A stretch of DNA of 28,034 nt, taken from NCBI GenBank assembly GCA_016840405.1, contig JAEOSK010000034.1, positions 1 to 28,034 on the forward strand. Reading direction: 5' to 3'. Within the stretch, counting starts at the first letter, position 1, and each line of letters starts with the position of its first letter. Shown here one piece after another: positions 7,006 through 16,048 of this stretch. A program made the translations under genes and the position numbers. The notes below the pieces were generated by a model. The model ran no database searches, was not told the DNA's origin, and saw only the letters and a program-made list of their open reading frames with translations. Source of the stretch: Candidatus Hermodarchaeum yapensis (GTDB taxonomy: Archaea; Asgardarchaeota; Hermodarchaeia; Hermodarchaeales; Hermodarchaeaceae).

Positions 7006-7917
7006 GTGTTTGAGAAAATTCGTAAAGCGGTCGACGGATTTGTGCAGAAAGTAACCCACAAGTCCATCAGTGAACAAAACCTGGATGATGCGCTATCAGA
7101 TCTGCAAATGGCCCTTCTCGAAAATGATGTGGCATATGAGGCCACCGAACGCATCAACGATCGCGTTAAAAAGACACTCGAAGGAGAGCAAATCGGTCTC
7201 CTACAAAGTAAGAAAGACCTCATCAAAACTGCGCTCTACGATGCCATACTAGCTGCATTAACTCCTGAAAATCCGGTAGATTTGTTCGCCCTCCTTGAGC
7301 AGCGAAAGAAAGCTGGGGAACCACTTACACTCATGTTCTTGGGGGTAAATGGCACGGGGAAAACCACGACAATAGCAAAGATTACTCAGATGCTCCAGAA
7401 AAAGGGCTACTCGGTCGTTTTAGCCTGTGCAGATACCTTTCGTGCGGGAAGTGCTGAGCAAATCCAAATTCATGCGGATCGGCTGAATGTCCGCGTGTTA
7501 AGTCGACCTTATGGTTCTGATCCAGCATCCGTTGCTTTTGATGCAATCAATCATGCACGCGCTCGGGGAATCAATGTAGTTTTGATTGACACTGCGGGTC
7601 GTATGCAAACTGATAAGAACCTCATGGCAGAGCTTTCAAAAATTCACCGGGTCGCCGAACCCGACTTGGTAATCTTTGTTGGCGATGCCCTCGCAGGTAA
7701 CGATGCCATTGAACAGGCAAAGACCTTCAATGAAAAAATTGGCATCGATGCGGCTGTGCTCACGAAAGTTGATGCTGATGCAAAAGGAGGCGCTGCACTC
7801 TCCATCGCGATTGCAACAGGAAAACCCATTATCTTTATCGGTGTGGGGCAAGAATATTCGGACATTGAAGTCTTCAATCCCGAATGGTTTGCTCAAAAAA
7901 TCGTGGCGGCAGGCTAG
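7006..7917 (+). CDS. ftsY: signal recognition particle receptor FtsY (NG domain only)
   Basis: GVNGTGKTTTIAK, DTFRAG, DTAGR, TKVDADAKGG, GVGQ. Confidence 0.98.
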   Translation: MFEKIRKAVDGFVQKVTHKSISEQNLDDALSDLQMALLENDVAYEATERINDRVKKTLEGEQIGLLQSKKDLIKTALYDAILAALTPENPVDLFALLEQRKKAGEPLTLMFLGVNGTGKTTTIAKITQMLQKKGYSVVLACADTFRAGSAEQIQIHADRLNVRVLSRPYGSDPASVAFDAINHARARGINVVLIDTAGRMQTDKNLMAELSKIHRVAEPDLVIFVGDALAGNDAIEQAKTFNEKIGIDAAVLTKVDADAKGGAALSIAIATGKPIIFIGVGQEYSDIEVFNPEWFAQKIVAAG

Positions 7918-8003
7918 TTTTTAACCCGACCGTGTTTGACGCAAAGGCTAAAAGGCGTCAGTACTTGCTTCTTCATTCGTAGGTTTCATTGTGTGTGATG
8001 ACG

Positions 8004-8933
8004 ATGGAATTGAAAGGGCGCCATTTGTTAAGTTTGAAGGATTACACTCGTGAAGAAATCCAACTTCTTCTTGATACCGCAGCGGATTTGAAACGTCAGC
8101 GTTATCGTAACGAATTGGGGACCAGCCTCCTCGGAAAATCCGTGGGTCTGGTATTTGAACGTCCCTCAACGCGGACCCGCGTAAGTTTTGAAGTCGCAAT
8201 AAACGAATTATCTGGCGATGCCTTATTTCTCAGTTCACAAGAGCTTCAACTTAGTCGCGGCGAACCCATAGCTGATACGTCTCGCGTACTCAGCCGGTAT
8301 CTCCACGGCATTGTTATCAGAGCAACCAATCACGACCATGTTGTAGAACTCGCTGAATACAGCACAGTACCAGTAATCAACGCACTTACTCCCATGTATC
8401 ACCCCTGTCAAGCATTAGCAGATCTTCTCACAATTCGGGAAAAATTACATGAATTAGAAGGATTGAAACTCGTCTATATTGGTGATGGGAATAACGTAAG
8501 CCACTCCCTCATGCTTGGTGGAGCCATAATGGGGCTAGAAATCACAATAGCGACCCCGTCTGGTTATGAACCAAATCCCGAAGTCACCCAAATCGCCCGG
8601 GCACACGCTGAAGCAAACATGGCGAGCCTTGAAATAACTAATGATCCAAAAGCCGCTGTCGAAGATGCAGATGTCCTTTATACTGATGTCTTTGTATCCA
8701 TGGGGCAAGACAAGGAACGCAAAAAACGTCTTGCAGCATTTCTCCCCGATTTTCAACTCAATGAATCCTTAGTCGAATTAGCAGCCCCGCATAATATCGT
8801 AATGCATTGTCTTCCCGCTCATCGAGATGAAGAAATTACCGACGGTGTAATTGAAGGACCCCATAGTGTTGTGTGGGATCAGGCGGAAAACCGTCTCCAC
8901 ACAGAAAAAGCCGTGTTGGCCTTACTCCTCTAA
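8004..8933 (+). CDS. argF: ornithine carbamoyltransferase
   Basis: FERPSTRTR, HPCQALAD, GDGNNV, DVFVSMGQ, MHCLPAHR, QAENRLH; start is one of 7989/7998/8004. Confidence 0.96.
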   Translation: MELKGRHLLSLKDYTREEIQLLLDTAADLKRQRYRNELGTSLLGKSVGLVFERPSTRTRVSFEVAINELSGDALFLSSQELQLSRGEPIADTSRVLSRYLHGIVIRATNHDHVVELAEYSTVPVINALTPMYHPCQALADLLTIREKLHELEGLKLVYIGDGNNVSHSLMLGGAIMGLEITIATPSGYEPNPEVTQIARAHAEANMASLEITNDPKAAVEDADVLYTDVFVSMGQDKERKKRLAAFLPDFQLNESLVELAAPHNIVMHCLPAHRDEEITDGVIEGPHSVVWDQAENRLHTEKAVLALLL

Positions 8934-8957
8934 CAGCTCAGAGATAGGAGAATCACA

Positions 8958-9800
8958 GTGTCTGTTGTCTGCTTCTGTTCGCTCAAAGATCTCGCCGCAC
9001 AAAATATCAAAGAACACCTTCTCCAACACTATCCCTTTGTTGACACAGGAAAAACCTACGATTCGACTCCTATCTACAAATTCAACGAACTATCCTTGGT
9101 TACACTAGAGCAAGATAGCATTTATGCCGATGACTTAGACCAGCAGTTCACAGCGGATTTGTTTATCTTTGCTTCTCGACACAAATCGGCTGCTTTCAAA
9201 CCTGCACTCCTTACCCATATCCCGGGAAATTGGGGGCCCGCTGAGCTGGGCGGAAAGGCTTCTACTCTGTGCATTGCTCATCCAACTGCCCTGAAAGTGG
9301 CATTGCAGACATTACTTACGGAACGTCAACGACTAGAACTCACCGATTGGGCGTGTGGATTGGAAGTCACTCATCATGGTCCATTTATCAGTGATATTCC
9401 CGTTTTGTACATCGAAATTGGGAGTACAGAAGAGGAATGGCAAAATCCTAAGGGCGCTGAGGCGGTTTCTCAAGCCGTTGTTTCGGTCGCTCAACGCTAT
9501 CAAGAGTCTAACCCAGTTGTATTCGGCGTTGGTGGTCCACATTATTGTCCCGCCTTTACACGACTATGTGCTGAGACGCCCTATGCCGTTTCACACATTC
9601 TACCAAAATACTACCTTGACCAAGTAACCCCCACCCTCATCCAGCATGCAATCGAGCGTACTAGCACTCCCCCCACCTATACTGCCTTGGATTGGAAAGG
9701 CATGAAGGGTCCACAACGTGATCAAATAATTCAAATCGTGAGTGCGCTAGGGCTTGAAACGAAAAGAGTTCGAGCTCTTCTCCATCAATCAGAAAACTGA
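8958..9800 (+). CDS. dtdA: D-aminoacyl-tRNA deacylase (archaeal DTD2/GEK1 family)
   Basis: FASRHKS, LTHIPGN, LEVTHHGP, IEIGSTEEEW, GGPHYCP, DWKG. Confidence 0.95.
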   Translation: MSVVCFCSLKDLAAQNIKEHLLQHYPFVDTGKTYDSTPIYKFNELSLVTLEQDSIYADDLDQQFTADLFIFASRHKSAAFKPALLTHIPGNWGPAELGGKASTLCIAHPTALKVALQTLLTERQRLELTDWACGLEVTHHGPFISDIPVLYIEIGSTEEEWQNPKGAEAVSQAVVSVAQRYQESNPVVFGVGGPHYCPAFTRLCAETPYAVSHILPKYYLDQVTPTLIQHAIERTSTPPTYTALDWKGMKGPQRDQIIQIVSALGLETKRVRALLHQSEN

Positions 9801-9822
9801 TTGCTATTGAGAGTGCTAATGC

Positions 9823-9838
9823 GAAAAGACTTATTAAG
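9823..9838 (+). promoter_or_regulatory. BRE/TATA-like promoter of secE-spt5
   Basis: GAAAAGAC-TTATTAAG about 50 nt upstream of secE. Confidence 0.5.
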
Positions 9839-9889
9839 AGAGGGGCGGTGACTCTGCCCAAGACCTCTAGGTAACGTCAGGTGAATACT

Positions 9890-10084
9890 ATGTCAAGTCG
9901 AGTTAGCGAGTTTTGGGAAAACACAAAACGCATCGTAAAACTTGCACAGCAACCTACACGTCAAGAAATCTGGATGCAACTCAAAATTACTTTACTTGGC
10001 CTTTTCGTTGTTGGCGGCACCGGCTTCATCATCACTTTGATTATGTCAGTTATTACAGGTTTATTCCCAATACCAGCAACCTAG
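9890..10084 (+). CDS. secE: protein translocase SecE/Sec61-gamma subunit
   Basis: KRIVKLAQQPTRQE...KITLLGLFVVGGTGFII; immediately upstream of spt5. Confidence 0.93.
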   Translation: MSSRVSEFWENTKRIVKLAQQPTRQEIWMQLKITLLGLFVVGGTGFIITLIMSVITGLFPIPAT

Positions 10085-10121
10085 GACGCATTTCGCAATT
10101 AATACTGAGGAGGCACATCGA

Positions 10122-10619
10122 ATGGCAACCGAACCTACTAATATTTACATTGTGCGAACCACGATTGGCCAAGAGAAGGGTATCGCTCATGTCATCTCCG
10201 GTCGTGTTACTAAGCGCCAGGTAGACCTGAAAGCCATACTCGTGCCTGAACCCTTGAAGGGCTATATTTTCATTGAGGCTCGCAGTCCACGCGAAGTAGA
10301 ACTCGCCATTGCAGGTATTCCCCATATTAAAGGCATCATTCCGGGAAAGATCCTCATCAATGAAATCGAACATATCCTTGTCCCCCGACCCCCTACTGAG
10401 GACCTCGTAATAGGTGATATTGTTGAGATTACTGGTGGACCATTCAAAGGAGAACGCGCTCGAGTGATGCGAATCGACACTTCGAAGGATGAAATCACCC
10501 TCGAACTCTTCGAAGCACCCTCACCCATTCCGGTTACTGTTCACGCTGACTTCCTCCGCATCGTCGAACGCCAGGAACGTGAAGAGACCGAAGAAGAGGA
10601 GGAACTCCTTGAACTATAA
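10122..10619 (+). CDS. spt5: transcription elongation factor Spt5 (NusG family)
   Basis: NGN domain VRTTIGQE...LKGYIFIE; KOW GDIVEITGGPFKGERARV. Confidence 0.98.
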   Translation: MATEPTNIYIVRTTIGQEKGIAHVISGRVTKRQVDLKAILVPEPLKGYIFIEARSPREVELAIAGIPHIKGIIPGKILINEIEHILVPRPPTEDLVIGDIVEITGGPFKGERARVMRIDTSKDEITLELFEAPSPIPVTVHADFLRIVERQEREETEEEEELLEL

Positions 10620-10761
10620 CCCTGACCAAGATACTTGGCCTAAGTAGAGGCAGAACATTTTCTGCATCCGTCATGAACTTCTCAGCAATCTTTTTTGCCT
10701 AAATCTAGCCTTAACCTAATTAGAGGGAAACCATATTTCACGAGTTTATTTCATTGAGAAA

Positions 10762-11151
10762 ATGAGCCAAACGAAGTTTTTCGTAATTATCAGTGTTCTA
10801 ATTGTGATATTGATTCTTTTTGTCGCATCTACCTTTATTACAAACACTACATGGATTATCGGCGCGGTTATCGTAGTTGCATTGTGGATACCTATTGGCT
10901 ATTTAATGCAAGTCCGAATAAAGCACAAAGGGGCTAAAATTTGTGTGTATCTTCTTTTTTTATTTATCTTCAATTGGATCGTTCTTGTTAACGGTGGAAG
11001 ATTAATTCCCTTCCCGCTTCTTATGATTATTACATACCAACTCTTGTATGCGTTATCTTCTACATTCCTAATCAGTGTCTTCTTCATACTACGATATCTA
11101 GTGCCAAAATATGAACCTCATCACCCCATTCCCTTCGAGGATAAAAAATGA
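10762..11151 (+). CDS. hypothetical membrane protein (about 4 TM helices)
   Basis: 129 aa, strongly hydrophobic, visibly AT-richer than flanking core genes. Confidence 0.65.
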   Translation: MSQTKFFVIISVLIVILILFVASTFITNTTWIIGAVIVVALWIPIGYLMQVRIKHKGAKICVYLLFLFIFNWIVLVNGGRLIPFPLLMIITYQLLYALSSTFLISVFFILRYLVPKYEPHHPIPFEDKK

Positions 11152-11417
11152 TTGAAGGGGGGGGGGCTTTAGTTGTGTACATTTTAACTGATTTTCCTGA
11201 GAACCATAATGTATAAAACGCAACCAAAAACCGCGCCTAAGCCCACATTGAAAGTAGATACAAACCAGTACCCAAAGAAATCGAAGATGAAATTTTCTCC
11301 TTACGCAAAGAGGGAAAATCATGCGGCGAAATCACTGAACTCATCTACAAGAAATATACTCTCTCATACAACCATGGTAAAATACTCTATATCATCAAAA
11401 AACGTAAACAAGGATAA
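11148..11417 (+). pseudogene. degraded helix-turn-helix protein (two in-frame TAA at 11214 and 11238)
   Basis: Frame absent from the ORF track reads MIEGGGALVVYILTDFPENHNV*NATKNRA*AHIESRYKPVPKEIEDEIFSLRKEGKSCGEITELIYKKYTLSYNHGKILYIIKKRKQG*; the C-terminal part has an HTH pattern. Confidence 0.5.
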
Positions 11418-11482
11418 ACTAACTTTACCAATCTAATCGCACTACATCAATCGTGCTCAACCTAGAATCTGCCCGCGTAGCA

Positions 11483-11498
11483 GCAGAACATTTAAAAA
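11483..11498 (+). promoter_or_regulatory. BRE/TATA-like promoter of rpl11-rpl1-rpl10
   Basis: GCAGAACA-TTTAAAAA about 50 nt upstream of the rpl11 ATG. Confidence 0.55.
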
Positions 11499-11544
11499 CT
11501 GCCTCAAGTTCTTGGAGCTGAACTCAACCCAGGAACCACCCACT

Positions 11545-12027
11545 ATGGCCAAAGTCACATGCGAAGCCCTCGTCGAAGGCGGCAAAGCAAGCGCTGGACC
11601 CCCTATCGCCCCAGTCTTGGGACCCACGGGAGTCAACTTGTATTCCGTGGTGACCAGAATCAACGAGTTGACTGAGGATTTGAAGGGGTTGAAGGTGCCG
11701 GTGACCATCGTTGTGGATGATGATACCAAGGAGTTTGAGATTACTGTGGGGCTTCCTCCCACCTCTGCTCTTATCATCAAAGAAGTTGGTGTTGAGAAAG
11801 GCACTGGTGCCACTGGAACCGAGATCACGGGTGATATCACCTTTGACCAGGTTCTCACCGTGGTCCGTGCGAAGGAAGCCGATCTTCTGGGAAGTTCACG
11901 TAGAAACCAAGTGAAATCTGTACTCGGTACTTGTGTGAGTATGGGCGTCACCATTGATGGGAAAGACGCTCGTACAGTGCAACAAGAAATTGATCAAGGT
12001 CTTCATGACGAAAAATTACAGGCCTAA
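11545..12027 (+). CDS. rpl11: 50S ribosomal protein L11 (uL11)
   Basis: LVEGGKASAGPPIAPVLGPTGVN, GLKVPV, PPTSALI, GTCVSMGV. Confidence 0.98.
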   Translation: MAKVTCEALVEGGKASAGPPIAPVLGPTGVNLYSVVTRINELTEDLKGLKVPVTIVVDDDTKEFEITVGLPPTSALIIKEVGVEKGTGATGTEITGDITFDQVLTVVRAKEADLLGSSRRNQVKSVLGTCVSMGVTIDGKDARTVQQEIDQGLHDEKLQA

Positions 12028-12046
12028 TCAATGGTGAGTAATGACC

Positions 12047-12697
12047 ATGTCAATAAAATTGGATAACATCCTTTCTGCCGTCAATGAAGCGCAGAAAAAT
12101 TCGAAGAAACGTAAATTCGAAGAGTCAATGGAAGTAATTGTCAACCTGAAGGGAATCGATCTCAAGAAAGGCGGCAAGCAACTTAACGTAGATGTCACCC
12201 TTCCCCATGCTTTTGGTGAAGGCGTCAAAGTTGCCATCATCGCTTCAGGGAACTTTGCATTTCGCGCAAGAGATGCTGGTGCCGCTCAGGTGCTCGAACC
12301 AGCTGATGTCGAACGCTATGAAACTGATAAGGATGGCGCAAAAGCATTGGCTGAAGAAATGAACTTTTTCATCGCCCAAGCCGATTTAATGCCCCTAGTA
12401 GGACGTGTTCTCGGACCCTTCCTTGGACCCCGTGGAAAAATGCCACGACCCGTTCCCCCCAATACAGATCTTAAGAAACTCCTTTCAGAATTCTCAACCT
12501 CTGTCAAGTTACGCATGCGGAAAACCCTAGTAATCCAAGCTAAGATTGGAAAACGGTCCATGGAGTCAAAAAAGGTCGCTGAAAACATTCAAGCGGTCGT
12601 TAATATCCTCGAACGGAATCTTGAGAAAGGCATGCAAAATATTGATGAAATCTATACTAAAACCACCATGGGTCCGGCAATCAAAATCACAATATAA
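12047..12697 (+). CDS. rpl1: 50S ribosomal protein L1 (uL1)
   Basis: KRKFEESMEVIVNLKGIDLK, LGPRGKMP, KTTMGP. Confidence 0.98.
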   Translation: MSIKLDNILSAVNEAQKNSKKRKFEESMEVIVNLKGIDLKKGGKQLNVDVTLPHAFGEGVKVAIIASGNFAFRARDAGAAQVLEPADVERYETDKDGAKALAEEMNFFIAQADLMPLVGRVLGPFLGPRGKMPRPVPPNTDLKKLLSEFSTSVKLRMRKTLVIQAKIGKRSMESKKVAENIQAVVNILERNLEKGMQNIDEIYTKTTMGPAIKITI

Positions 12698-12714
12698 TGC
12701 GATGGTGTAATACG

Positions 12715-13641
12715 ATGAGTTCAGGTCAACAACCACAAACAGAAAAAGACGTTCCCCGCACAACAAGAGGACGTCCTGTGCCACAAACCAAACTAGCTGA
12801 AGTAGGCCATCTCATTTCACTCCTCGAGAAATATGACTACATCTCACTACTTCGCACCGAGCAAATAGGATCAAAACAATTACAGGCGATTAAGAAAGCC
12901 CTTCGCAATAAAGCCATTATCAGCATGGCTCGTAACTCTCTCATGATTCGAGCTCTTCAAAACGCCTCACAAAAGAAAAAGAATCTCGACAAACTCATTC
13001 CATTCGTGGAAGGCTCCTCTGCCTTTGCCTTCACTGATATCAGCCCATTCGAACTCAGCGACCTCTTATTACAAAACAAAGCTAAAGCCCCAGCGAAAGC
13101 AGGAACCGTCACACCGGATGATATCATAATCGAGGCAGGAAACACCGGATTCCCACCTGGACCGCTCATCTCAGAACTGGGTCAAGTGGGACTAAAAACC
13201 CGAATTCAGGGCGGCTCCATTTGGATAACCCAGGACCATGTCATTGTAAAAGCAGGAGAAACCGTAACTCGTGCACAGGCACTGGTCATGTCACGTCTGG
13301 GCATGGAACCCTATGAAATCTTTCTCAAACTGACAGTCGCATATGATAACGGCATACTCCTTTCACCAGATGTCTTCGAAATCCGGAGAAGCGATGTCGT
13401 AGATCAACTGGCACTTGCAGGCCAAGAGGGATTTGCTCTCGCAATAGCCATGAGCTATATAACTGCAGAGATCACTCCCCTGCTTCTACAAGAAGCCGCA
13501 ACTGCCGCTCGTAGCCTTTCACTCTTCGCAGGCATCCTAACCGATGAAACAAGCGATCAGATCCTAGCGCAGGCTGATCAAGGCGCAACAGCCCTCGCCC
13601 AAGCTGTACGCAGCAAGGACCCTAAGGCAATGCCTAACTAA
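12715..13641 (+). CDS. rpl10: 50S ribosomal protein L10 (uL10/P0)
   Basis: QLQAIKKALR, MARNSL, APAKAG...GNTGFPPGP, GLKTRIQGGSIWI. Confidence 0.97.
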   Translation: MSSGQQPQTEKDVPRTTRGRPVPQTKLAEVGHLISLLEKYDYISLLRTEQIGSKQLQAIKKALRNKAIISMARNSLMIRALQNASQKKKNLDKLIPFVEGSSAFAFTDISPFELSDLLLQNKAKAPAKAGTVTPDDIIIEAGNTGFPPGPLISELGQVGLKTRIQGGSIWITQDHVIVKAGETVTRAQALVMSRLGMEPYEIFLKLTVAYDNGILLSPDVFEIRRSDVVDQLALAGQEGFALAIAMSYITAEITPLLLQEAATAARSLSLFAGILTDETSDQILAQADQGATALAQAVRSKDPKAMPN

Positions 13642-13659
13642 ATTGGGCGTAATTAAGAC

Positions 13660-13673
13660 AAAAGATTAAAATA
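13660..13673 (+). promoter_or_regulatory. internal BRE/TATA-like promoter for rpl12
   Basis: AAAAGA-TTAAAATA upstream of rpl12; similar to GAAAGAG-TTAAAATA (6185-6199) before rpl18a. Confidence 0.45.
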
Positions 13674-13744
13674 CGGCTCAACGGAAGCGTTCCCCCTCAC
13701 AGGTAATGCTCCTGTCTTCCACAAAAAAGGAGGACGATAACAAA

Positions 13745-14056
13745 ATGGAATACATTTACAGTGCAATGCTCCTTCACAAAGCAGGTAAAAAAGTCAACGC
13801 TGCAGGTCTAACTAAGGTGCTTGAAGCCGCAGGCGTCACACCGGACGAAGGTCGCATCAAAGCCCTTGTTGCGACACTAAAAGATATCAATATTGATGAA
13901 GCAGTCAAAGCGGTTCCCGTTGCTGCAGCTCCAGCTGCGGCACCAGCTGCTGCCGCTGCGCCAGCTGACAAGCCCAAGAAGGAGAAGCCAAAGAAAGAAG
14001 AAGAAGAAGAAGAAAAGCCAGAAGAAGTTGCTGGGCTCGGCGCACTCTTTGGCTAG
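13745..14056 (+). CDS. rpl12: 50S ribosomal stalk protein P1 (aL12)
   Basis: [11 protein letters not shown], Ala-rich hinge, acidic tail ending GLGALFG. Confidence 0.98.
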   Translation: MEYIYSAMLLHKAGKKVNAAGLTKVLEAAGVTPDEGRIKALVATLKDINIDEAVKAVPVAAAPAAAPAAAAAPADKPKKEKPKKEEEEEEKPEEVAGLGALFG

Positions 14057-14143
14057 ATCCTCCCAGGAGCACTCACTCCTTTCTTATATTTTCACTACAA
14101 CCTTGGTTAGTTATGGATAGGTTACTTTCGGTCGATTCACCAA

Positions 14144-14689
14144 TTAGCGACCTCGCCGGAGGTACCAACCTAAATCGCGTTGGTTCTTGATGCTGTGTTC
14201 TCCTGTTTGAGTGGTCTTCAACTGACCATATCCCAGGCCTTCATGGTGTTCATTTACGACCAGGAGTTTGGTCATTTTATTCACTTTCGATGGCAACTGG
14301 GTGATGTGTTGGGGTTTTAGTTGGTGGCTGTAGAGAAATCGTTGTTCTCCAGCTTGATTAGTAACCGCTCTTGCAGAATCTTTCACTGACTCAGCTAGGT
14401 GAGCGAGTACATGTAAACTAGGCTGTAATGCGCCTTGACTAAGTTCACCGAGAAAAAGCCCAAGGAAGTAAGGGTGACGGTATGAATGAATCTGCTGGTA
14501 CAAATCCCATACTGCTGAAGTTAACAGATAGACTTCCACTCGACGACCTTTCGCTAGCAGCAGGTGATATTTTTTGAGAAATTGCTTGACTGCTTTCTCA
14601 GGAACATATTCTGCTAGTCCCTGCCGTATTTGCTCTTTTTCCGCGGCTGATGGAGGAGTGAAAATTAGGCGAATTTTACCATTTTGCAA
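14144..14689 (-). CDS. Nip7-like PUA-domain ribosome biogenesis protein
   Basis: PYFLGLFLG, GEQRFLY, LVVNE..EGLGYG, C-terminal DLGWYLRRG; adjacent to a NOP2-family gene; start uncertain. Confidence 0.85.
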   Translation of the reverse strand: MQNGKIRLIFTPPSAAEKEQIRQGLAEYVPEKAVKQFLKKYHLLLAKGRRVEVYLLTSAVWDLYQQIHSYRHPYFLGLFLGELSQGALQPSLHVLAHLAESVKDSARAVTNQAGEQRFLYSHQLKPQHITQLPSKVNKMTKLLVVNEHHEGLGYGQLKTTQTGEHSIKNQRDLGWYLRRGR

Positions 14690-15627
14690 ATGAAAAAGCC
14701 CTCCATATGATGTTTATAGGGATAAAACCGTCGAGTTCGATGCAGCGAGTTATCAAACTGATGACCAAACGCCTCTATGAGTCCTGAATCTCCGAAAGGC
14801 AACTCGGTATCGACAATTCGAACTGGGCACTGGCGTAAGGCAAAGTCAATAATTTCTTCATTTTCTTCCGGCGCAAAGGAACAGGTAGAATAAACAAGAA
14901 CGCCTCCTACACGCAATAATTGAGAGGCTGCAAGAATGAGCTTTTGCTGAACCTTCGCTAAGATTGTAATATCATCTGCATTTCGACTTTGCTTGCGCGA
15001 CGGATCCACGGGTATCAATCCCTCTCCAGTGCAAGGTGCATCCAACAATACAGCATCCGCTTGGATTCCAATCCCTGATAATCGGGCTGCATCCATGCGA
15101 ATCGCAAGCGTGTTCTCAACGCGTAAACGGGAGAGGTTTGACCGAAGACTGCGGATTCGATCTCGACTGATATCGGTGGCTAACAGAGCACCCTGGTTTT
15201 CCATTAACTGAGCAATTAATGTAGTTTTACCACCCGGTGCTGCACACATATCAATGACTAGTTGCCCTGGCTGAGGATCCAATACCTCAATTGCCCACAT
15301 GGAAGCAGGACTTTGAAGCATATAATATCCCAATAGGTACTCAGTGGTGGCCCCGACTGGCACGGGTGAATCGAGGACATGAAAAGCGTACGGCAGGCCA
15401 CTCACCGACTCTAAATTCATACCCTTCGCCTGAAGTCGTGAAGCCACATCCTGCGGAGAAGCTGCTAACGTGTTGACCCGAATAGTCTTCGGAATGGCCA
15501 CGTCATTTCCTTTCAGGAATTGTTCGGTTTCTGCCCCAAATAGCGCCAGATACCGTTCTACCATGAATTCACGGTAACCATACTTCTGGGCTAACTGCTC
15601 AGCTTCCCGATTCTTCACCATGATCAC
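14665..15627 (-). CDS. RsmB/NOL1/NOP2/Sun family RNA m5C methyltransferase
   Basis: TIRVNTL, EYLLGYYMLQ, DMCAAPGGKT, LLDAPCTGEG, LVYSTCS, EGFFICK. Confidence 0.96.
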   Translation of the reverse strand: MIMVKNREAEQLAQKYGYREFMVERYLALFGAETEQFLKGNDVAIPKTIRVNTLAASPQDVASRLQAKGMNLESVSGLPYAFHVLDSPVPVGATTEYLLGYYMLQSPASMWAIEVLDPQPGQLVIDMCAAPGGKTTLIAQLMENQGALLATDISRDRIRSLRSNLSRLRVENTLAIRMDAARLSGIGIQADAVLLDAPCTGEGLIPVDPSRKQSRNADDITILAKVQQKLILAASQLLRVGGVLVYSTCSFAPEENEEIIDFALRQCPVRIVDTELPFGDSGLIEAFGHQFDNSLHRTRRFYPYKHHMEGFFICKMVKFA

Positions 15628-15704
15628 AGGGTTCTAGCAATGCGGTAACGCTTAAGAAGCATCCGCCTCCTCACATTATTCGATTGAACACTCGGTGAAA
15701 TGAA

Positions 15705-15938
15705 ATGTGCCTCGCAATTCCAGCTCAGGTTGTCAGCATTGACGGCAACACCGCAATCGTCGACTTTGGCGGTGTCAAGCGAACTGTATCCATTGCTTTA
15801 CTCGAAAAAATCAGCCCTGGCGATTATGTCATTGTACACACTGGTTACGCTATTCAGAAAATGGACCAAAAAGAAGCCGAAGAGAGCTTGGAATTATGGG
15901 CTGAAGTCCTTGCAGGGGATCAGCCACCTGAAACCTAA
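15705..15938 (+). CDS. hypC: [NiFe]-hydrogenase maturation chaperone HypC/HupF
   Basis: MCLAIPAQV, VDFGGVKR, GDYVIVHTGYAI. Confidence 0.96.
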   Translation: MCLAIPAQVVSIDGNTAIVDFGGVKRTVSIALLEKISPGDYVIVHTGYAIQKMDQKEAEESLELWAEVLAGDQPPET

Positions 15939-15970
15939 CTTCTTCTACTAACTGAATTTTTCGAGATCAA

Positions 15971-16009
15971 CAAAAGAAAGAAAGGCAGTCTCCCAGAACG
16001 GGAGACGCC
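15971..16009 (-). terminator. hairpin plus U-rich tract downstream of the DPM2-like gene
   Basis: Stem GTCTCCC/GGGAGAC (15988-16006) followed on the minus strand by TTTCTTTCTTTTG. Confidence 0.5.
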
Positions 16010-16048
16010 CGATGTTCTGACTAACACGTCATGATGACGGTTTGCTGT

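Larger units (their letters stand above)
10644..11493. repeat. imperfect 17-nt direct repeat (10644-10660, 11477-11493) flanking an AT-rich islet
   Basis: GTAG-AG-GCAGAACATTT versus GTAG-CA-GCAGAACATTT (15/17 identical; 11-nt exact core). Confidence 0.6.

Noticed and set aside
11209-11436. 75-aa Lys/Ser/Thr-rich ORF
   Set aside because: Not protein-like; an alternative frame gives an HTH-like sequence.
13915-14030. GCT/GCA and GAA trinucleotide repeats
   Set aside because: They encode the normal Ala-rich hinge and acidic tail of P1.
16017-16037. CTGA ... ATGATGA as a box C/D sRNA
   Set aside because: Only a D'/C'-like pair; no flanking C and D boxes at suitable spacing.
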